Shown: one piece after another, positions 42,976-53,959 of the stretch
How the letters are laid out: the number at the start of each line of letters is the position of its first letter
Position numbering within the stretch: the stretch's first letter is position 1
DNA from: an uncultured Thermogutta sp.
GTDB taxonomy: Bacteria > Planctomycetota > Planctomycetia > Pirellulales > Thermoguttaceae
NCBI GenBank assembly: GCA_937128505.1
Contig: CAKZMM010000021.1
Span: forward strand, 2,648-66,647
Length of the DNA: 64,000 nucleotides
Reading direction: 5' to 3'
Notes under the pieces: model-generated
What the model was told of the DNA's origin: nothing
What the model saw: the letters and a program-made list of their open reading frames with translations, nothing else
Databases searched by the model: none
Position numbers and translations under genes: made by a program

Positions 42976-43692
42976 GTGGGGAAAAAAGCCGTTTTAGGAC
43001 CTGTTTCAATACCGATTTTTGACCGTGCCGGTCAAATAGTAGGTAGGTACGACTTTGACTTGGCGGAGCTTGCACCGCGAATCAATAAGCAGCTTCTCCA
43101 TGACGTCGTGGTGATGTACCAGGCCAACCAGCGGCTGGGCACGGTTAAGACAAAAGGACGCGGCGAAGTGGCCGGGTCCACGCGCAAGCTTTATCGGCAG
43201 AAGGGGACGGGCCGGGCTCGAGCCGGTACCCGGCGCTCGCCGATTCGCCGCGGCGGTGGACACACTCATGCTCTGAAACCGCGGGATTGGTACTATCGGC
43301 TCCCCAAACAAGCCGTTCGACTGGCGACCCGGATGGCGTTGGCGGCGAGGATTCGTGATCAAGAAGTGGTTTTATTGGATGAGCTTAACTTTGCGGAGCC
43401 AAAGACCCGGGAAATGGCGACCATCTTGAAGAACCTGGGTCTCCAAGGCCAGCAACTGCTCGTGGTCTCCGAGGCGTATAACCTGGTAACGCATAAGTCC
43501 ATCCGGAATTTGGACAAGGTGACGACGTTACCGGTGGGCGACTTAAATGCGTTGGAAATCCTGCGACCCCGGCGGCTGCTGATGACGAAAGCTGCCCTCG
43601 ATGAATTCCGCCGAAAAGTGAAGGCCACGCAAAGGACGGCCGCGGAGCCGAAGGAGAAGTCCGCCACATTGGAACCTGTGGGAGTTGGCTGA
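42976..43692 (+). CDS. rplD: 50S ribosomal protein L4 (with C-terminal tail)
   Basis: L4 pattern (KGRGEVAGSTRKLYRQKGTGRARAGTRRSPIRRGGG) and synteny. GTG start. Confidence 0.95.
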   Translation: MGKKAVLGPVSIPIFDRAGQIVGRYDFDLAELAPRINKQLLHDVVVMYQANQRLGTVKTKGRGEVAGSTRKLYRQKGTGRARAGTRRSPIRRGGGHTHALKPRDWYYRLPKQAVRLATRMALAARIRDQEVVLLDELNFAEPKTREMATILKNLGLQGQQLLVVSEAYNLVTHKSIRNLDKVTTLPVGDLNALEILRPRRLLMTKAALDEFRRKVKATQRTAAEPKEKSATLEPVGVG

Positions 43693-44101
43693 AAAGCTTT
43701 TGTTAATCGTCATAAAAAGCCTTCATGAGCTGAGGTAGCAGAGGAATCTCGTAACCAAGGATTATGACCAGTTTGTGCACGGCAAGCTGGGAGAGGTTTA
43801 GGTTTCCATCACGAGTACGCGGGGTTATTCGAGAGTTGGTACGCCCGTTTATCCCTTTGATTATGAAAATTGATTTATGAAAAGGATTTTGGGCGTCTGC
43901 CGGCTCGCCTAAATGATGAAGTGTCCAATATCCAAGACGCATCCAATATCCGATAGGTCACAGCAAGTAGGTCGTAGCCAAATAGCAAATAGCTCATAGC
44001 AAAATAGAGTTGGCGTAAAACGGCGTAAAGCGGGACGAGAGGAGGTTGAGGGGAGGTCAGGAGGACAATCGGGAAGGATTTTTGCGAAAGAGTATTCGGT
44101 C

Positions 44102-44413
44102 ATGGCCCGCGATTTATCGAAGACAAAGCTCAACTTGGAGCCTTACCAGATCATTATTCGCCCGCTTTTGACGGAAAAGAGCCTCCACAAATCGGAGCGG
44201 CTAAACCAGTACGCTTTCGAGGTGCATCCTCGTGCGGGCAAGGCGGATATCCGTCGTGCCGTGGAAGAGTTGTTCAATGTGAAGGTGGTGCGCGTGAACA
44301 CTCAAAATCGTCGCGGCAAACCGCGGCGGACGCGGTTTCGTCGATCCCATACCAAAAGCTGGAAGAAGGCCATCGTCACTTTGCACGAGGATTATCGGAT
44401 TAGCTTCTTCTAA
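44102..44413 (+). CDS. rplW: 50S ribosomal protein L23
   Basis: IIRPLLTEKS...YAFEVHPRAGKADIRRAVEELFNVKVVRVNT; synteny. Confidence 0.96.
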   Translation: MARDLSKTKLNLEPYQIIIRPLLTEKSLHKSERLNQYAFEVHPRAGKADIRRAVEELFNVKVVRVNTQNRRGKPRRTRFRRSHTKSWKKAIVTLHEDYRISFF

Positions 44414-44567
44414 GAAATAAGAAATAGGGAATTTGTTTCTGGGAATTGAAAGATCGTGTGGACCACGGTGCCGCTGGTGGGTTCCGTTGGAAAAGTCAAA
44501 GAACTAAGACAGACGGCCGAGCAAGCACGGCATTCCGCCGGGTGAACGCTCGGAGGAGCGCAAGAAG

Positions 44568-45428
44568 ATGGGAGTACGGGTTTACAATCCAACATCGCCC
44601 GGAAGGCGGCATGCCAGCGTGAGCGATTTTTCCGAGCTCACACCCGGAGCGGAGCCGCCCAAGTCGCTCCTGCGCCCGATGGTTCGGAGCAATGGGCGGA
44701 ATAACCAGGGCAAAATAACGGCTCGGCACCGCGGTGGCGGCCATAAAAGAATGTACCGGGTGATTGACTTTCGCCGCCGAAAGGATGGTATCCCGGCGAT
44801 TGTCCACTCAATTCAGTACGACCCAAATCGAAGTGCTCGAATCGCGCTGCTGCATTATGTGGATGGTGAGAAGCGGTTCATTCTGGCCCCGGAAGGATTG
44901 AAGGTCGGGGATCAGGTTCTCAGCGGGCCGGATGCTCCGCCGAAGGTCGGCAACTCTTTGCCGCTTGCGCACATCCCATTGGGGATGGAGATTCATGCGA
45001 TCGAAATCCAGCCAGGCAAAGGAGCGGCCTTATGCCGTTCGGCCGGTACAAAAGCCGTGTTGGCAGCGCGCGACGCAAATTGGGCACAGATTAATTTGCC
45101 GAGTGGTGAGATCCGTCGTGTACCGGCTAGTTGTCGGGCCACGATTGGAGCGGTGGGCAACGCCGATCATAACGCCATTCAGTTGGGTAAAGCGGGGCGA
45201 AGCCGGTGGTTAGGGCGGCGGCCGCATGTCCGGGGCACTGCCATGAACCCCATCGACCATCCCCACGGTGGTGGTGAGGGGCGGTCAAAAGGCGGACGAC
45301 ATCCTTGCAGTCCCACGGGCAAACTGGCCAAGGGTGGGCACACGCGTAAGCCCCGAAAACCGTCGAACAAATTCATCATTCGCCGCCGAGTCTCCAAGCG
45401 GTATGGTGAGGCGAAGATTCCTCGGTAA
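44568..45428 (+). CDS. rplB: 50S ribosomal protein L2
   Basis: 286 aa with the [19 protein letters not shown] and [14 protein letters not shown] motifs. Confidence 0.99.
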   Translation: MGVRVYNPTSPGRRHASVSDFSELTPGAEPPKSLLRPMVRSNGRNNQGKITARHRGGGHKRMYRVIDFRRRKDGIPAIVHSIQYDPNRSARIALLHYVDGEKRFILAPEGLKVGDQVLSGPDAPPKVGNSLPLAHIPLGMEIHAIEIQPGKGAALCRSAGTKAVLAARDANWAQINLPSGEIRRVPASCRATIGAVGNADHNAIQLGKAGRSRWLGRRPHVRGTAMNPIDHPHGGGEGRSKGGRHPCSPTGKLAKGGHTRKPRKPSNKFIIRRRVSKRYGEAKIPR

Positions 45429-45443
45429 GAGGTAGGAACAACC

Positions 45444-45713
45444 ATGGGCAGATCACTGAAAAAAGGTCCGTTCGTCGATGCCAAGCTTTATCGTAAGGTC
45501 CAGCAGCTCAACGAGAGCAACGAAAAGCGTCCGATTAAGACCTGGGCCCGGGCTTGCACGATTGTTCCGGAATTCGTCGGTCATACATTCTTGGTTCACA
45601 ATGGAAAAACACACGTGAAGGTTTTCGTGACCGAAGAAATGGTCGGCCACCGGCTTGGGGAATTTGCGATAACGCGGATTTTCCGCGGTCACGGTGGTAA
45701 GGGTAAACGGTAA
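45444..45713 (+). CDS. rpsS: 30S ribosomal protein S19
   Basis: [12 protein letters not shown]...[29 protein letters not shown]. Confidence 0.99.
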   Translation: MGRSLKKGPFVDAKLYRKVQQLNESNEKRPIKTWARACTIVPEFVGHTFLVHNGKTHVKVFVTEEMVGHRLGEFAITRIFRGHGGKGKR

Positions 45714-45938
45714 CAAGGGGAATTAATACCAAGGGGAAGTAATAAAGGGGAAAAAAGGATAAGCGGCAATAGAGAAAACCGGCAGAAAAGAAAGGCAAAT
45801 TTCAATTTTCCCAATGGGGAGATGAAGCCCGCGGCAGGTTCCATTCAGCGGTTTTTCGTTCGTGTCACTGAGGATGGCGGCACAGACTCAGTGTTTCATG
45901 CTACGGCAGAATCAGTTTAGATCCTCAGTTGCGGTTTC

Positions 45939-46028
45939 AGGTTGCTGGCGTACGGAGGTTGTTAGCATCAGCAGATTTTAGGTTGCTGTCGTAAGGAAGT
46001 TGTAGGTTGCTGTGATAAGGAAATAAGG
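45939..46028. repeat. three copies of a ~24-nt unit AGGTTGCTGkCGTAmGGArGTTGT
   Basis: Copies at 45939-45962, 45980-46003 and 46004-46028, in the rpsS-rplV spacer. Confidence 0.8.
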
Positions 46029-46263
46029 AAAAAGAGGGATTTGGAACCGGCTCGGCGTTTTGCTGTCGATGCGTTTTGAAAAGACGGGAAACGTGCAAAT
46101 AACGGGAAAATTTCGAGAGTTCCGCAAGTTTTGCAGAACTGATCACGCAGTGGGATAAAAGTTGGATCAAGTCGTCGGCAAGAAGTTAGCGATGTTGCTT
46201 GGCGACAGTAGAGAACCAGTGATGATGTCCGACCGATGTGGTCGATCGGCGTGAGGAGTGGCC

Positions 46264-46587
46264 ATGTACAAGGCGATCCATCGTTTCGCGCGAATCAGCC
46301 CGCGGAAGGTGCGCTTGTTAGCGGACCTAGTCCGGGGCAAAACCGCGGACGAAGCGTTGAATATTCTGCGATTTCAGCCCCAACGCGGTGCCCGAATGTT
46401 GGAAAAAGTCCTCCGCAGTGCTATGGCCAATGCCGAGGATCAGCAGGCTAGTTCGGTCGGTCAACTAATCTTAGTAGACGTACGGGTCGACGGCGGTCCA
46501 TCGATGAAGCGGTTGCGACCTCGTGCGCGAGGGGCAGCAAGCATCTACCTTCGGCGGATGTCGCACATTACGGTGGTTTTGTATTAA
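46264..46587 (+). CDS. rplV: 50S ribosomal protein L22
   Basis: MYKAIHRFARISPRKVRLLADLVRGK... I prefer the ATG at 46264, 6 nt after GAGGAG (46252-46257). The track start is a GTG at 46258. Confidence 0.96.
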   Translation: MYKAIHRFARISPRKVRLLADLVRGKTADEALNILRFQPQRGARMLEKVLRSAMANAEDQQASSVGQLILVDVRVDGGPSMKRLRPRARGAASIYLRRMSHITVVLY

Positions 46588-46602
46588 GGATCCGGCAGGA
46601 CC

Positions 46603-47316
46603 ATGGGCCAAAAAGTTAATCCAATTGGTTTCCGCACCGGTGTGACCCTCGATTGGTCGAGCCGCTGGTACGCCTCGAAGCGGGAATTTGCCGACCTGCT
46701 GGTCGAGGATCAGAAAATCCGCGAGTTTATCAAGAAGCGGAAAGATCCCGAAGGCAGGCCGATGTATCCAATGATTGCCAAGATTGAAATCGAGCGTACC
46801 CGCGACGAGGTGAAAGTGGTTTTGCATTCGGCTCGGCCAGGGGTGCTCATCGGACGTAAAGGCGAGCGGGTCGAAGAGCTGCAAAACGAGCTTCAGAAGC
46901 TAACCGGGCGGCGGATCAACATTCAAATCATTGAAATCAAGCAGCCGGAATTGGTGGCCCAATTGGTTGCAGAGGATATTGCCGAGCAGCTCTCGCGACG
47001 GGCGAACTTCCGCCGAACGATGAAACGGGCCATCGAAGAAACGATGAAAGCCGGAGCCAAGGGGATTAAGGTCCAGCTTTCGGGTCGGTTGGGCGGGGCG
47101 GAAATGTCCCGGTGCGAGAAAGAAATCGCGGGGACGATGCCGCTTTCCACGCTCCGCGCGGATATCGACTACGGCTTCGCCGAAGCACGGATCCCGCAGG
47201 GTCAAATTGGGGTCCAGGTCTGGATCAATCGCGGTATGTTTGAGGAGGAAAGCCATGGCGATGATGCCCAAACGGGTCAAACATCGAAAAAGCCAAAGAG
47301 GGCGTATAAGAGGTAA
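46603..47316 (+). CDS. rpsC: 30S ribosomal protein S3
   Basis: MGQKVNPIGFR... with KH and S3-C domains; 237 aa. Confidence 0.99.
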   Translation: MGQKVNPIGFRTGVTLDWSSRWYASKREFADLLVEDQKIREFIKKRKDPEGRPMYPMIAKIEIERTRDEVKVVLHSARPGVLIGRKGERVEELQNELQKLTGRRINIQIIEIKQPELVAQLVAEDIAEQLSRRANFRRTMKRAIEETMKAGAKGIKVQLSGRLGGAEMSRCEKEIAGTMPLSTLRADIDYGFAEARIPQGQIGVQVWINRGMFEEESHGDDAQTGQTSKKPKRAYKR

Positions 47317-47671
47317 CGCCACCCGCGGGAACCGTGTGGTCTTCGGGGACTTCGGGCTCCAAGCGGTGCAAGGTGGTTGGATTAGTGCGGCCACCATTGA
47401 AGCGGGCCGAATTGCCGCGCAGCAATACCTTCGTAACGAAGGGCGGCTGTACATCCGCATTTTCCCCCACAAGCCGATTACCTCCATTCCGTTGGAAACA
47501 CGGATGGGTAAAGGTAAAGGCGAGCCGGAATACTGGGCTGCCGCGGTTAAGCCCGGCACGGTGCTTTACGAGATCGGCGGGGTAAGCGAAGAGGCGGCCC
47601 GGCTGTGTTTTACCCGGCTTGCCCACAAAATGCCGGTGAAGGTGCGCTTCATTCGTCGCCGACCGCAGTAG
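47255..47671 (+). CDS. rplP: 50S ribosomal protein L16
   Basis: (MA)MMPKRVKHRKSQRGRIRGNA... The ATG at 47255 lies 6 nt after GAGGAGGA (47242-47249); alternative ATGs are at 47261 and 47264. It overlaps the rpsC 3' end in another frame. Confidence 0.95.
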   Translation: MAMMPKRVKHRKSQRGRIRGNATRGNRVVFGDFGLQAVQGGWISAATIEAGRIAAQQYLRNEGRLYIRIFPHKPITSIPLETRMGKGKGEPEYWAAAVKPGTVLYEIGGVSEEAARLCFTRLAHKMPVKVRFIRRRPQ

Positions 47672-47985
47672 TGGGTGAAGTTCATCCTTCATAGTGGATT
47701 GCTTATATCTTGGTTTTTCACAAAAGATTGTTCGTGTTTTTCGTATAAAGATTGCTCGTAGCTGTGTGAAAAAGAGGCCGCTCAAGCTTAAAGACACTGA
47801 AGATGAAACAATCCGGCGTCTAAGCAGGTCGAAAGTCCGAAGCTTGGTCGCAGGCGTGTTCGGCAGCATCGAGAATCGGCAGCATTTTAAAAGGGTCGTG
47901 GGCTCAGGAATCCCTACAAATCAGAGATACAAAACACAGAAGTGGACCGCACGCACGATACGGAGGTTGAAGATCTGCGGAATCT

Positions 47986-48017
47986 TGTGATCTAAACCCG
48001 ATGTGATCTAAACCCGA
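47986..48017. repeat. perfect 16-bp tandem duplication TGTGATCTAAACCCGA x2
   Basis: Copies at 47986-48001 and 48002-48017. Confidence 0.95.
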
Positions 48018-48241
48018 ATTTTGCGAGCTAAAGCCGAGTAGGGTGGAAGTTGGAGGTCGAACGAACACGGCGATTTGCCTTCGGCATACTCCGGCGATAT
48101 GCGAACTTGCGGCGTACATCAAGCAAGCGGTATAGATTCAGGAATTAATGAATGCTGGGTAGGTCGGGTGGGTCGAAAGCGAAGCGCGATTGGTAAAGCT
48201 CAAGTTAGCGGATAAAACTGCGGGCAACGCGATCCGGATTC

Positions 48242-48281
48242 CTCAGGGAAACCGGTTAAGTTTCTCAGGGAAATCGGTTAA
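48242..48281. repeat. CTCAGGGAAAyCGGTTAA x2 (period 22) ending 3 nt before the rpmC ATG
   Basis: Copies at 48242-48259 and 48264-48281. Confidence 0.9.
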
Positions 48282-48284
48282 ACG

Positions 48285-48512
48285 ATGAAAGCGAAAGAAT
48301 TGCGGGAAATGAGCGACGAGCAGCTTGCTCAAGTGCTCAAAGAAAGCAGGCAGGGCCTCTTTCAATTGAGGATGCAGGCTCAAACCGAGCGGTTGGATGT
48401 GCCCAGCGAAGTGCGGCGGTTACGTCGGTTGATTGCGCGGGTCCTGACCATCCAACGGGAAAGAGAGCCTAAGAAAGAGGAAGCGGTCGCGTCGACCGAG
48501 ACGAGCCAATAA
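48285..48512 (+). CDS. rpmC: 50S ribosomal protein L29
   Basis: MKAKELREMSDEQLAQVLKESRQGLFQLRMQ...; synteny. Confidence 0.95.
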   Translation: MKAKELREMSDEQLAQVLKESRQGLFQLRMQAQTERLDVPSEVRRLRRLIARVLTIQREREPKKEEAVASTETSQ

Positions 48513-48541
48513 CCAGCAATCGCAACGAGCTGAGGACGACG

Positions 48542-48910
48542 ATGCCAAAGCGAAAATTCATCGGGGTGGTAACCAGTGATCGGATGAACAAGACGCGTCG
48601 CGTTGAGGTGTCGCGTTTGGCCAGGCACCCCCAGTATGGAAAGTATTTGCGTCGGCGGACCATCTGCTACGTCCATGACGAAAATAATGAGTCCCATTTG
48701 GGGGACACCGTGGAAATCATTGAGTCGCGGCCGCTATCGCGGCTGAAACGGTGGCGACTCGTCCGGGTAGTTAGCCGGATGGCCATGGCGGCCCGCGAGG
48801 CTTTGACCAAGGAGGAGGTGGAAGAAGAATCCCCCGCATTACCGGGCCAAAAGTCCGAAACCGCAGGTCAGCCGGCATCACCGGAGTCCACCCCAGGAGG
48901 ATCCGGTTGA
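48542..48910 (+). CDS. rpsQ: 30S ribosomal protein S17 (with ~35-aa acidic/Pro-rich C-terminal tail)
   Basis: GVVTSDRMNKTRRVEVSRLARHPQYGKYLRRRTICYVHDENNESHLGDTVEIIESRPLS. Confidence 0.96.
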   Translation: MPKRKFIGVVTSDRMNKTRRVEVSRLARHPQYGKYLRRRTICYVHDENNESHLGDTVEIIESRPLSRLKRWRLVRVVSRMAMAAREALTKEEVEEESPALPGQKSETAGQPASPESTPGGSG

Positions 48911-49143
48911 GTGGGTGAAAAGTAACCCGGGAATTCTGTTGTCGCCTCAACGATAAGTGGCGAATAAGACAGTAAGTAGGGAATGAATCGTCGGATGATT
49001 CGGTTTTGAAGGACGGCAAGGAAATTCGGGGTGGGAAGTTCCGGCCCAACAACTTTCGAGAGGATTCAGCGGATATCCAAACGGATAAACTGGGAAAAAG
49101 AACTGGAAGAAGACCGACTTATTATCCGTAGGCGAGTGTGGCA

Positions 49144-49512
49144 ATGATCCAGGCACAAACACGCCTTGTGGTGGCGGACAACACGGGTGCCCGGGAATTA
49201 ATGTGCATCAAAGTGCTGGGGGGCAGCCGCCGGCGATATGCTGGTTTGGGCGATATTATCGTCTGTAGTGTGAAAAGCGTGATACCGGGCAGCGATTTCA
49301 AGAAAGGTTCGGTGGTGCGAGCGGTGGTGGTCCGCACGAAAAAGTCAACCCGACGCGAGGACGGCAGCTACGTTCGTTTCGATAGCAATGCGGCGGTGAT
49401 CATCGACAACGAGCGCAATCCGAAGGGGACGCGAATCTTCGGGGCGGTTGCCCGGGAATTGCGGGAACGCAACTTTATGAAAATCGTCAGCCTGGCCAGC
49501 GAGGTGGTCTGA
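49144..49512 (+). CDS. rplN: 50S ribosomal protein L14
   Basis: [19 protein letters not shown]...; the track ORF begins two codons earlier, at the GTG at 49138. Confidence 0.98.
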   Translation: MIQAQTRLVVADNTGARELMCIKVLGGSRRRYAGLGDIIVCSVKSVIPGSDFKKGSVVRAVVVRTKKSTRREDGSYVRFDSNAAVIIDNERNPKGTRIFGAVARELRERNFMKIVSLASEVV

Positions 49513-49883
49513 TGCATATCCGCACCAACGATATTGTTGAAGTGATCACCGGGGACAGCCGGGGGCGCCGCGGACGGGTGCTTCGCGTTGACCGCAAGAA
49601 CCAAAAACTTGTGGTCGAAGGTGTCAACAAAGTCATCAAGCACGTCCGCCGCAGCCGCCGTAATCCCCAAGGGGGGCGCGTTTCCGTGGAAATGCCGATC
49701 CACTGGTCGAATGTGCTCCTGGTGTGCACAAGCTGCGATAAACCGACTCGCACCGGCAGTCGGATTCTCCACGACGGGAGTAAAGTTCGGGTTTGTAAAA
49801 AGTGCGGGGCGGAGATCGGGCGAATCTCTCCGTCCAAAATGCGGCGTGCAAAAATGGCGAAAAGTGAGTCGGCATCATCATGA
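49512..49883 (+). CDS. rplX: 50S ribosomal protein L24 (zinc-ribbon-containing form)
   Basis: KOW N-terminus ([21 protein letters not shown]). CTSC...CKKC in the C-terminal half. The start overlaps the rplN stop (TGATG). Confidence 0.95.
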   Translation: MHIRTNDIVEVITGDSRGRRGRVLRVDRKNQKLVVEGVNKVIKHVRRSRRNPQGGRVSVEMPIHWSNVLLVCTSCDKPTRTGSRILHDGSKVRVCKKCGAEIGRISPSKMRRAKMAKSESASS

Positions 49884-50425
49884 CTCCGCGATTGTTGGAA
49901 CGATATCAGCGTGAGATCGTCCCCGAGCTTGCGAAACGGCTCGGTCGGACTAATCCGCTCTCATTACCCCGGCTGGAAAAAATTGTTATCAACATGGGCG
50001 TCGGCCGGGCGACCCAGGAAAAGAAATACCTCGAGGAAGCGGTGGATGCGTTGTCGCTGATTTCCGGACAAAAGCCGGTGGTTACCCGTGCCCGAAAGTC
50101 GGTGGCTGGCTTCCGTGTTCGGAAGGGAATGGCTATCGGTTGTAGGGTCACGTTGCGGCGGCGACGCATGTATGAGTTTTTGGACCGGCTGATTTCCCTA
50201 GCTTTGCCCCGGGTGCGCGACTTTCGCGGTTTGAACCCCCGCGCTTTCGACGGTCGGGGGAACTATAGCTTAGGGCTTTCCGAGCAGTATGTTTTTCCGG
50301 AACTAAACCCGGACCGTTATACCCGGGCTCAGGGCATGAATGTCACCATCGTCACGACGGCGAAAACCGACGACGAAGCCCGTTTGCTCCTGCGAATGCT
50401 GGGGATGCCGTTCCGAGCTGAATAG
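49880..50425 (+). CDS. rplE: 50S ribosomal protein L5
   Basis: [11 protein letters not shown]...; 181 aa. ATGA overlap with rplX. Confidence 0.98.
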   Translation: MTPRLLERYQREIVPELAKRLGRTNPLSLPRLEKIVINMGVGRATQEKKYLEEAVDALSLISGQKPVVTRARKSVAGFRVRKGMAIGCRVTLRRRRMYEFLDRLISLALPRVRDFRGLNPRAFDGRGNYSLGLSEQYVFPELNPDRYTRAQGMNVTIVTTAKTDDEARLLLRMLGMPFRAE

Positions 50426-50452
50426 TCCCATGCCATCAGAGGTCGATCATTC

Positions 50453-50641
50453 ATGTCCACGAAAGCAAAGAAGGTAAAGGCTTTTTTCAAGGAGCCGAAG
50501 TTCGCCACGCGGCGGCACAACCGCTGCCGGTTGTGCGGCCGACCCCGTGCGGTGTACCGCAAATTCGGCATTTGTAGGATTTGTTTTCGGAAGTTGGCGG
50601 ACCGAGGGCTGATTCCCGGTGTGCGAAAGGCCAGTTGGTAG
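50453..50641 (+). CDS. rpsN: 30S ribosomal protein S14 type Z (zinc-binding, 62 aa)
   Basis: Short S14 with [23 protein letters not shown]. Confidence 0.97.
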   Translation: MSTKAKKVKAFFKEPKFATRRHNRCRLCGRPRAVYRKFGICRICFRKLADRGLIPGVRKASW

Positions 50642-50659
50642 AGGGGATTGAGCCGAGAT

Positions 50660-51055
50660 ATGATGACGGACTCTATCGCCGATATGTTAACTCGGATTCG
50701 GAATGCGATTCGGGTAGAAAATCCTTATGTGGATCTGCCTAGCTCGAGGGTCAAACAGGGTGTGGCGGAAGTACTCAAACGCGAGGGGTATATCTGGGAT
50801 TGGGAAGAAATCGAAGGAACTCCCGCCAAGCAGCTCCGCATTTACTTAAAGTACGGCCCTAATGGCGAGCGGGTAATCCGCCACATCCGCCGAATCAGCA
50901 AGCCGGGGCGACGAATCTATCGCGGATACCAGAAGCTCAAGCCGGTGCTGAACGGATTGGGCATTTGCATCCTCAGCACCAGTCGGGGGGTGATCAGTGA
51001 CCGGGAAGCCCGACAACGCAGATTGGGCGGGGAAGTCCTTTGCGAAGTTTGGTAA
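50660..51055 (+). CDS. rpsH: 30S ribosomal protein S8
   Basis: MMTDSIADMLTRIRNA...; the track ORF starts at a TTG at 50648. Confidence 0.97.
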   Translation: MMTDSIADMLTRIRNAIRVENPYVDLPSSRVKQGVAEVLKREGYIWDWEEIEGTPAKQLRIYLKYGPNGERVIRHIRRISKPGRRIYRGYQKLKPVLNGLGICILSTSRGVISDREARQRRLGGEVLCEVW

Positions 51056-51102
51056 AAACTCGGCATCATCCCCACTGCCGAAATCAAGGTGGGATTGGAA
51101 CT

Positions 51103-51648
51103 ATGTCGCGGATTGGCAAAAAACCCATCGCTGTACCTGACGATGTAACGGTCAGCATTCAGAACCGTACGATAGAAGTCCAAGGCAAGTTGGGAAAGCT
51201 CCACTACCAGTGGCGGCCGGAGGTCTCCGTATCCTTCGACCCCAACAAACGCTTAATCACCGTGGAACAGGTCTCCGAAACTCGCCGTGCCCGGGCAATG
51301 TACGGACTAACGCGTGCCTTGATCCAGAACATGGTCATCGGCGTCAGCCAGGGGTATGAACGCCGCCTGGAAATTCAAGGAATCGGGTACATCGCGGCCG
51401 TCATTAAAAACGAACTGCACCTCCGCGTCGGCTTTGCCAACGAAGTTCGATTGCCCATTCCTCCGGATTTGACCGTCACCTGCCCCGATCAGCAGCACAT
51501 CGTCATTCGCGGGATTGACAAACAAAAAGTCGGTGAATTTGCCGCGGAGGTCCGGGCCGTTCGTCCGCCGGAGCCTTACCAGGGCAAAGGTATCCGTTAC
51601 GACCGAGAAGTCGTTCGCCTGAAGGAGCGCAAAGGGGCCGGCAAATAG
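51103..51648 (+). CDS. rplF: 50S ribosomal protein L6
   Basis: MSRIGKKPIAVPDDVTV...; I prefer the ATG at 51103 over the track start at 51040. Confidence 0.97.
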   Translation: MSRIGKKPIAVPDDVTVSIQNRTIEVQGKLGKLHYQWRPEVSVSFDPNKRLITVEQVSETRRARAMYGLTRALIQNMVIGVSQGYERRLEIQGIGYIAAVIKNELHLRVGFANEVRLPIPPDLTVTCPDQQHIVIRGIDKQKVGEFAAEVRAVRPPEPYQGKGIRYDREVVRLKERKGAGK

Positions 51649-52436
51649 TAAGTAAAGTTCATGGCAATAAAAGCTCATCAGCACGAATCGGCTCAATTTC
51701 ACTCGTGCGGGTCGTGGGTGGGTTTTTTGACGAGCATAACCGCGTGTTTGGAGTAGGAGCCGGCTATTTGAGGTAGAAGCCGGTATTCGGCGAAGGATAG
51801 CCAAGGATAAAGGAGATCGACGGATATCCGAGAAGTTTGCGAGAATTGAAGCCTGAGAGATGGAGAGATAGGGAGAAATAGTTAGTAAGAGTAACGCTAA
51901 TAGCTGCCGGCTCGATTCAATGCAAACGTAAGATTCAAAACGATAAGATTCAATGCGAATGTAAGAAATGGAAATGTAAGAGCGGCAAGGCTCAAGTGCT
52001 CCAAAATAAATCCGCAAGTGTAGAGAGATAGCATGGGGGTGCGGATTCCTGTGGGCTCGAGTGGCACGATGAAAAGAGCCGCATTGAAATTCAGAAGGTG
52101 AGAAGAAACAAGATTCAAACGGTTCAGCTTCACAGAGATTGAGCTGAAAGAAGTAAGCGTTCGGGTCGGAGGATAAACACTCGGGCTGAGACAAGAAAAA
52201 GCTGGGTTCCGAACTTGGGCACACTTGTGTCTTAACCAGCTTGTGTCTTAGCCGTGGGTTGGACCTGTTACGCAAGTCCCCCAGACTCAGGCAAAGGCAA
52301 GCTGAGCTTGAACGAAGACACCAAGCTCGAGAATAGGAACCCGAGCTTGGGCAACAGATGATCTAGATGATCTACATTATCTGATAAGCATTGAAATTAA
52401 GCGGAATTAACCTAACCAGACCGGTGAGAAGCGGCA

Positions 52437-52934
52437 GTGAAACGCGAAGCTCGGATCAATCGGCAACGATTACGTCGGCAATTTCGGGTGAGGAATCGGC
52501 TCAAGCGAGTTTCTTCCCGGCCACGCCTAAGTGTGTTTCGGAGTCTGAAGCACATCTATGCCCAAATTATCGATGACCAAACCGCGCGAACCTTAGTGGC
52601 TGCCAGCACCCTGGAAAAGGAGATTCGCGGAGACCGGATTCACGGCGGGGATATTCCGGCTGCGCAAAAGGTCGGCAAAGTGATCGCGGAACGAGCCTTG
52701 GCTGCCGGTATCACGAAAGTGGTCTTCGATCGCGGCCGCTACAAATATCATGGTCGCATGGCGGCCTTAGTGGATGCGGCCCGGGATGCGGGGCTTGATA
52801 TCGGGCCGAAAAAGCAGATTGAGGCACCGGCGGAAGAGCCCGCAGCAGTCGCCCCTGCACAAGGGAAGAAAGCTTCCTCGCAACCAGCAACCGGAGGCAA
52901 GAAATCGGGCAAAGCAGCCGCCAAACCGGGCTAA
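52437..52934 (+). CDS. rplR: 50S ribosomal protein L18 (with Ala/Lys/Pro-rich C-terminal tail)
   Basis: [31 protein letters not shown]...[26 protein letters not shown]; GTG start. Confidence 0.95.
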   Translation: MKREARINRQRLRRQFRVRNRLKRVSSRPRLSVFRSLKHIYAQIIDDQTARTLVAASTLEKEIRGDRIHGGDIPAAQKVGKVIAERALAAGITKVVFDRGRYKYHGRMAALVDAARDAGLDIGPKKQIEAPAEEPAAVAPAQGKKASSQPATGGKKSGKAAAKPG

Positions 52935-53467
52935 GGAACCGCTGCGTGCCGAGGCCTCGCTCAAAACGGGAACAAGCGAGTATCGTGTCTTTTTCGGTTT
53001 CTGGCAGCACATTCGGACGAAGGCACGAGCAACATTTACCGGAGTATCAGCAGCATTTGTCAGGAAGCGGACAGAAGAGGATCTAAGGAAGAGCTCGGTC
53101 GTCGAAGTCGAAACGGAAACGCGAGTTTGTCGCGGTGAGTGGCAGGAAACCGCCGAATTGAACTCCCCCAAGCGTTGATAAAAGTTTTGAAACTTATAAC
53201 TGAAACTTACAACTTCTGAAGTGGAGCGCTGATTACCTAATAATAACTAACGGAATAACCAGTGGTGCAACCGGGGTGCAGGTAGGGCACCGCAAGAAAG
53301 TCAAAAGAAATACAATTCGTGAGAAAACAGGAAATTCGTAGTAAACCAGCAAAGAAACAAATACGAGAGGTAAAAAGAATCGAAACTCCCTTTGTTCGCA
53401 GGAGTTCTTGACGCCACCGGAGTGAACCCTTGAGCGAATCCGGCATCTAACAGGGTTTGAAGCAATC

Positions 53468-53959
53468 ATGGCAGAAGCAGAAGCAACAGTCCAAGGTGAA
53501 CTGATCGAAAAGGTGATCAAGATCCGGCGCTGTGCCGCGGTCATCAAGGGAGGTCGCCGATTCAGTTTCACTGCCTTGGTGGTCGTGGGCGATCAGAAAG
53601 GCCGCGTCGGCTGGGGTTACGGCAAAGCCAACGAGGTACCGCCGGCGGTGGAAAAGGCCATCAAGGATGCCCAGCGAAACATGGTGCCCATCCAACTGGA
53701 AGAAACTACCATTCCCCATGAAGTGATCGGGGAGTACGGAGCTTCGAAAGTCATTCTTTTGCCGGCTGCCCCGGGTACGGGGATCATCGCCGGACCTGCC
53801 GTTCGAGCCGTTTGCGAAGCCTGCGGCATCAAAGACGTCCTGACCAAAAGCTTCCGCTCTCATAACCCCCTAAATCTTGTGAAGGCAACCATCCTGGGAC
53901 TCCAGCAGTGTCACAGCAGGACGGAACTGGAACGTTTGCGCGGAGTACCCCTATCATGA
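53468..53959 (+). CDS. rpsE: 30S ribosomal protein S5
   Basis: [49 protein letters not shown]... Confidence 0.98.
   Translation: MAEAEATVQGELIEKVIKIRRCAAVIKGGRRFSFTALVVVGDQKGRVGWGYGKANEVPPAVEKAIKDAQRNMVPIQLEETTIPHEVIGEYGASKVILLPAAPGTGIIAGPAVRAVCEACGIKDVLTKSFRSHNPLNLVKATILGLQQCHSRTELERLRGVPLS

Noticed and set aside
51307-52275. 322-aa ORF on the minus strand spanning the rplF-rplR spacer
   Set aside because: Its C-terminal half is antisense to rplF. Its N-terminal half runs through repeat-rich spacer (repeated IES/YxxES peptides that echo DNA repeats). No domain is recognisable.
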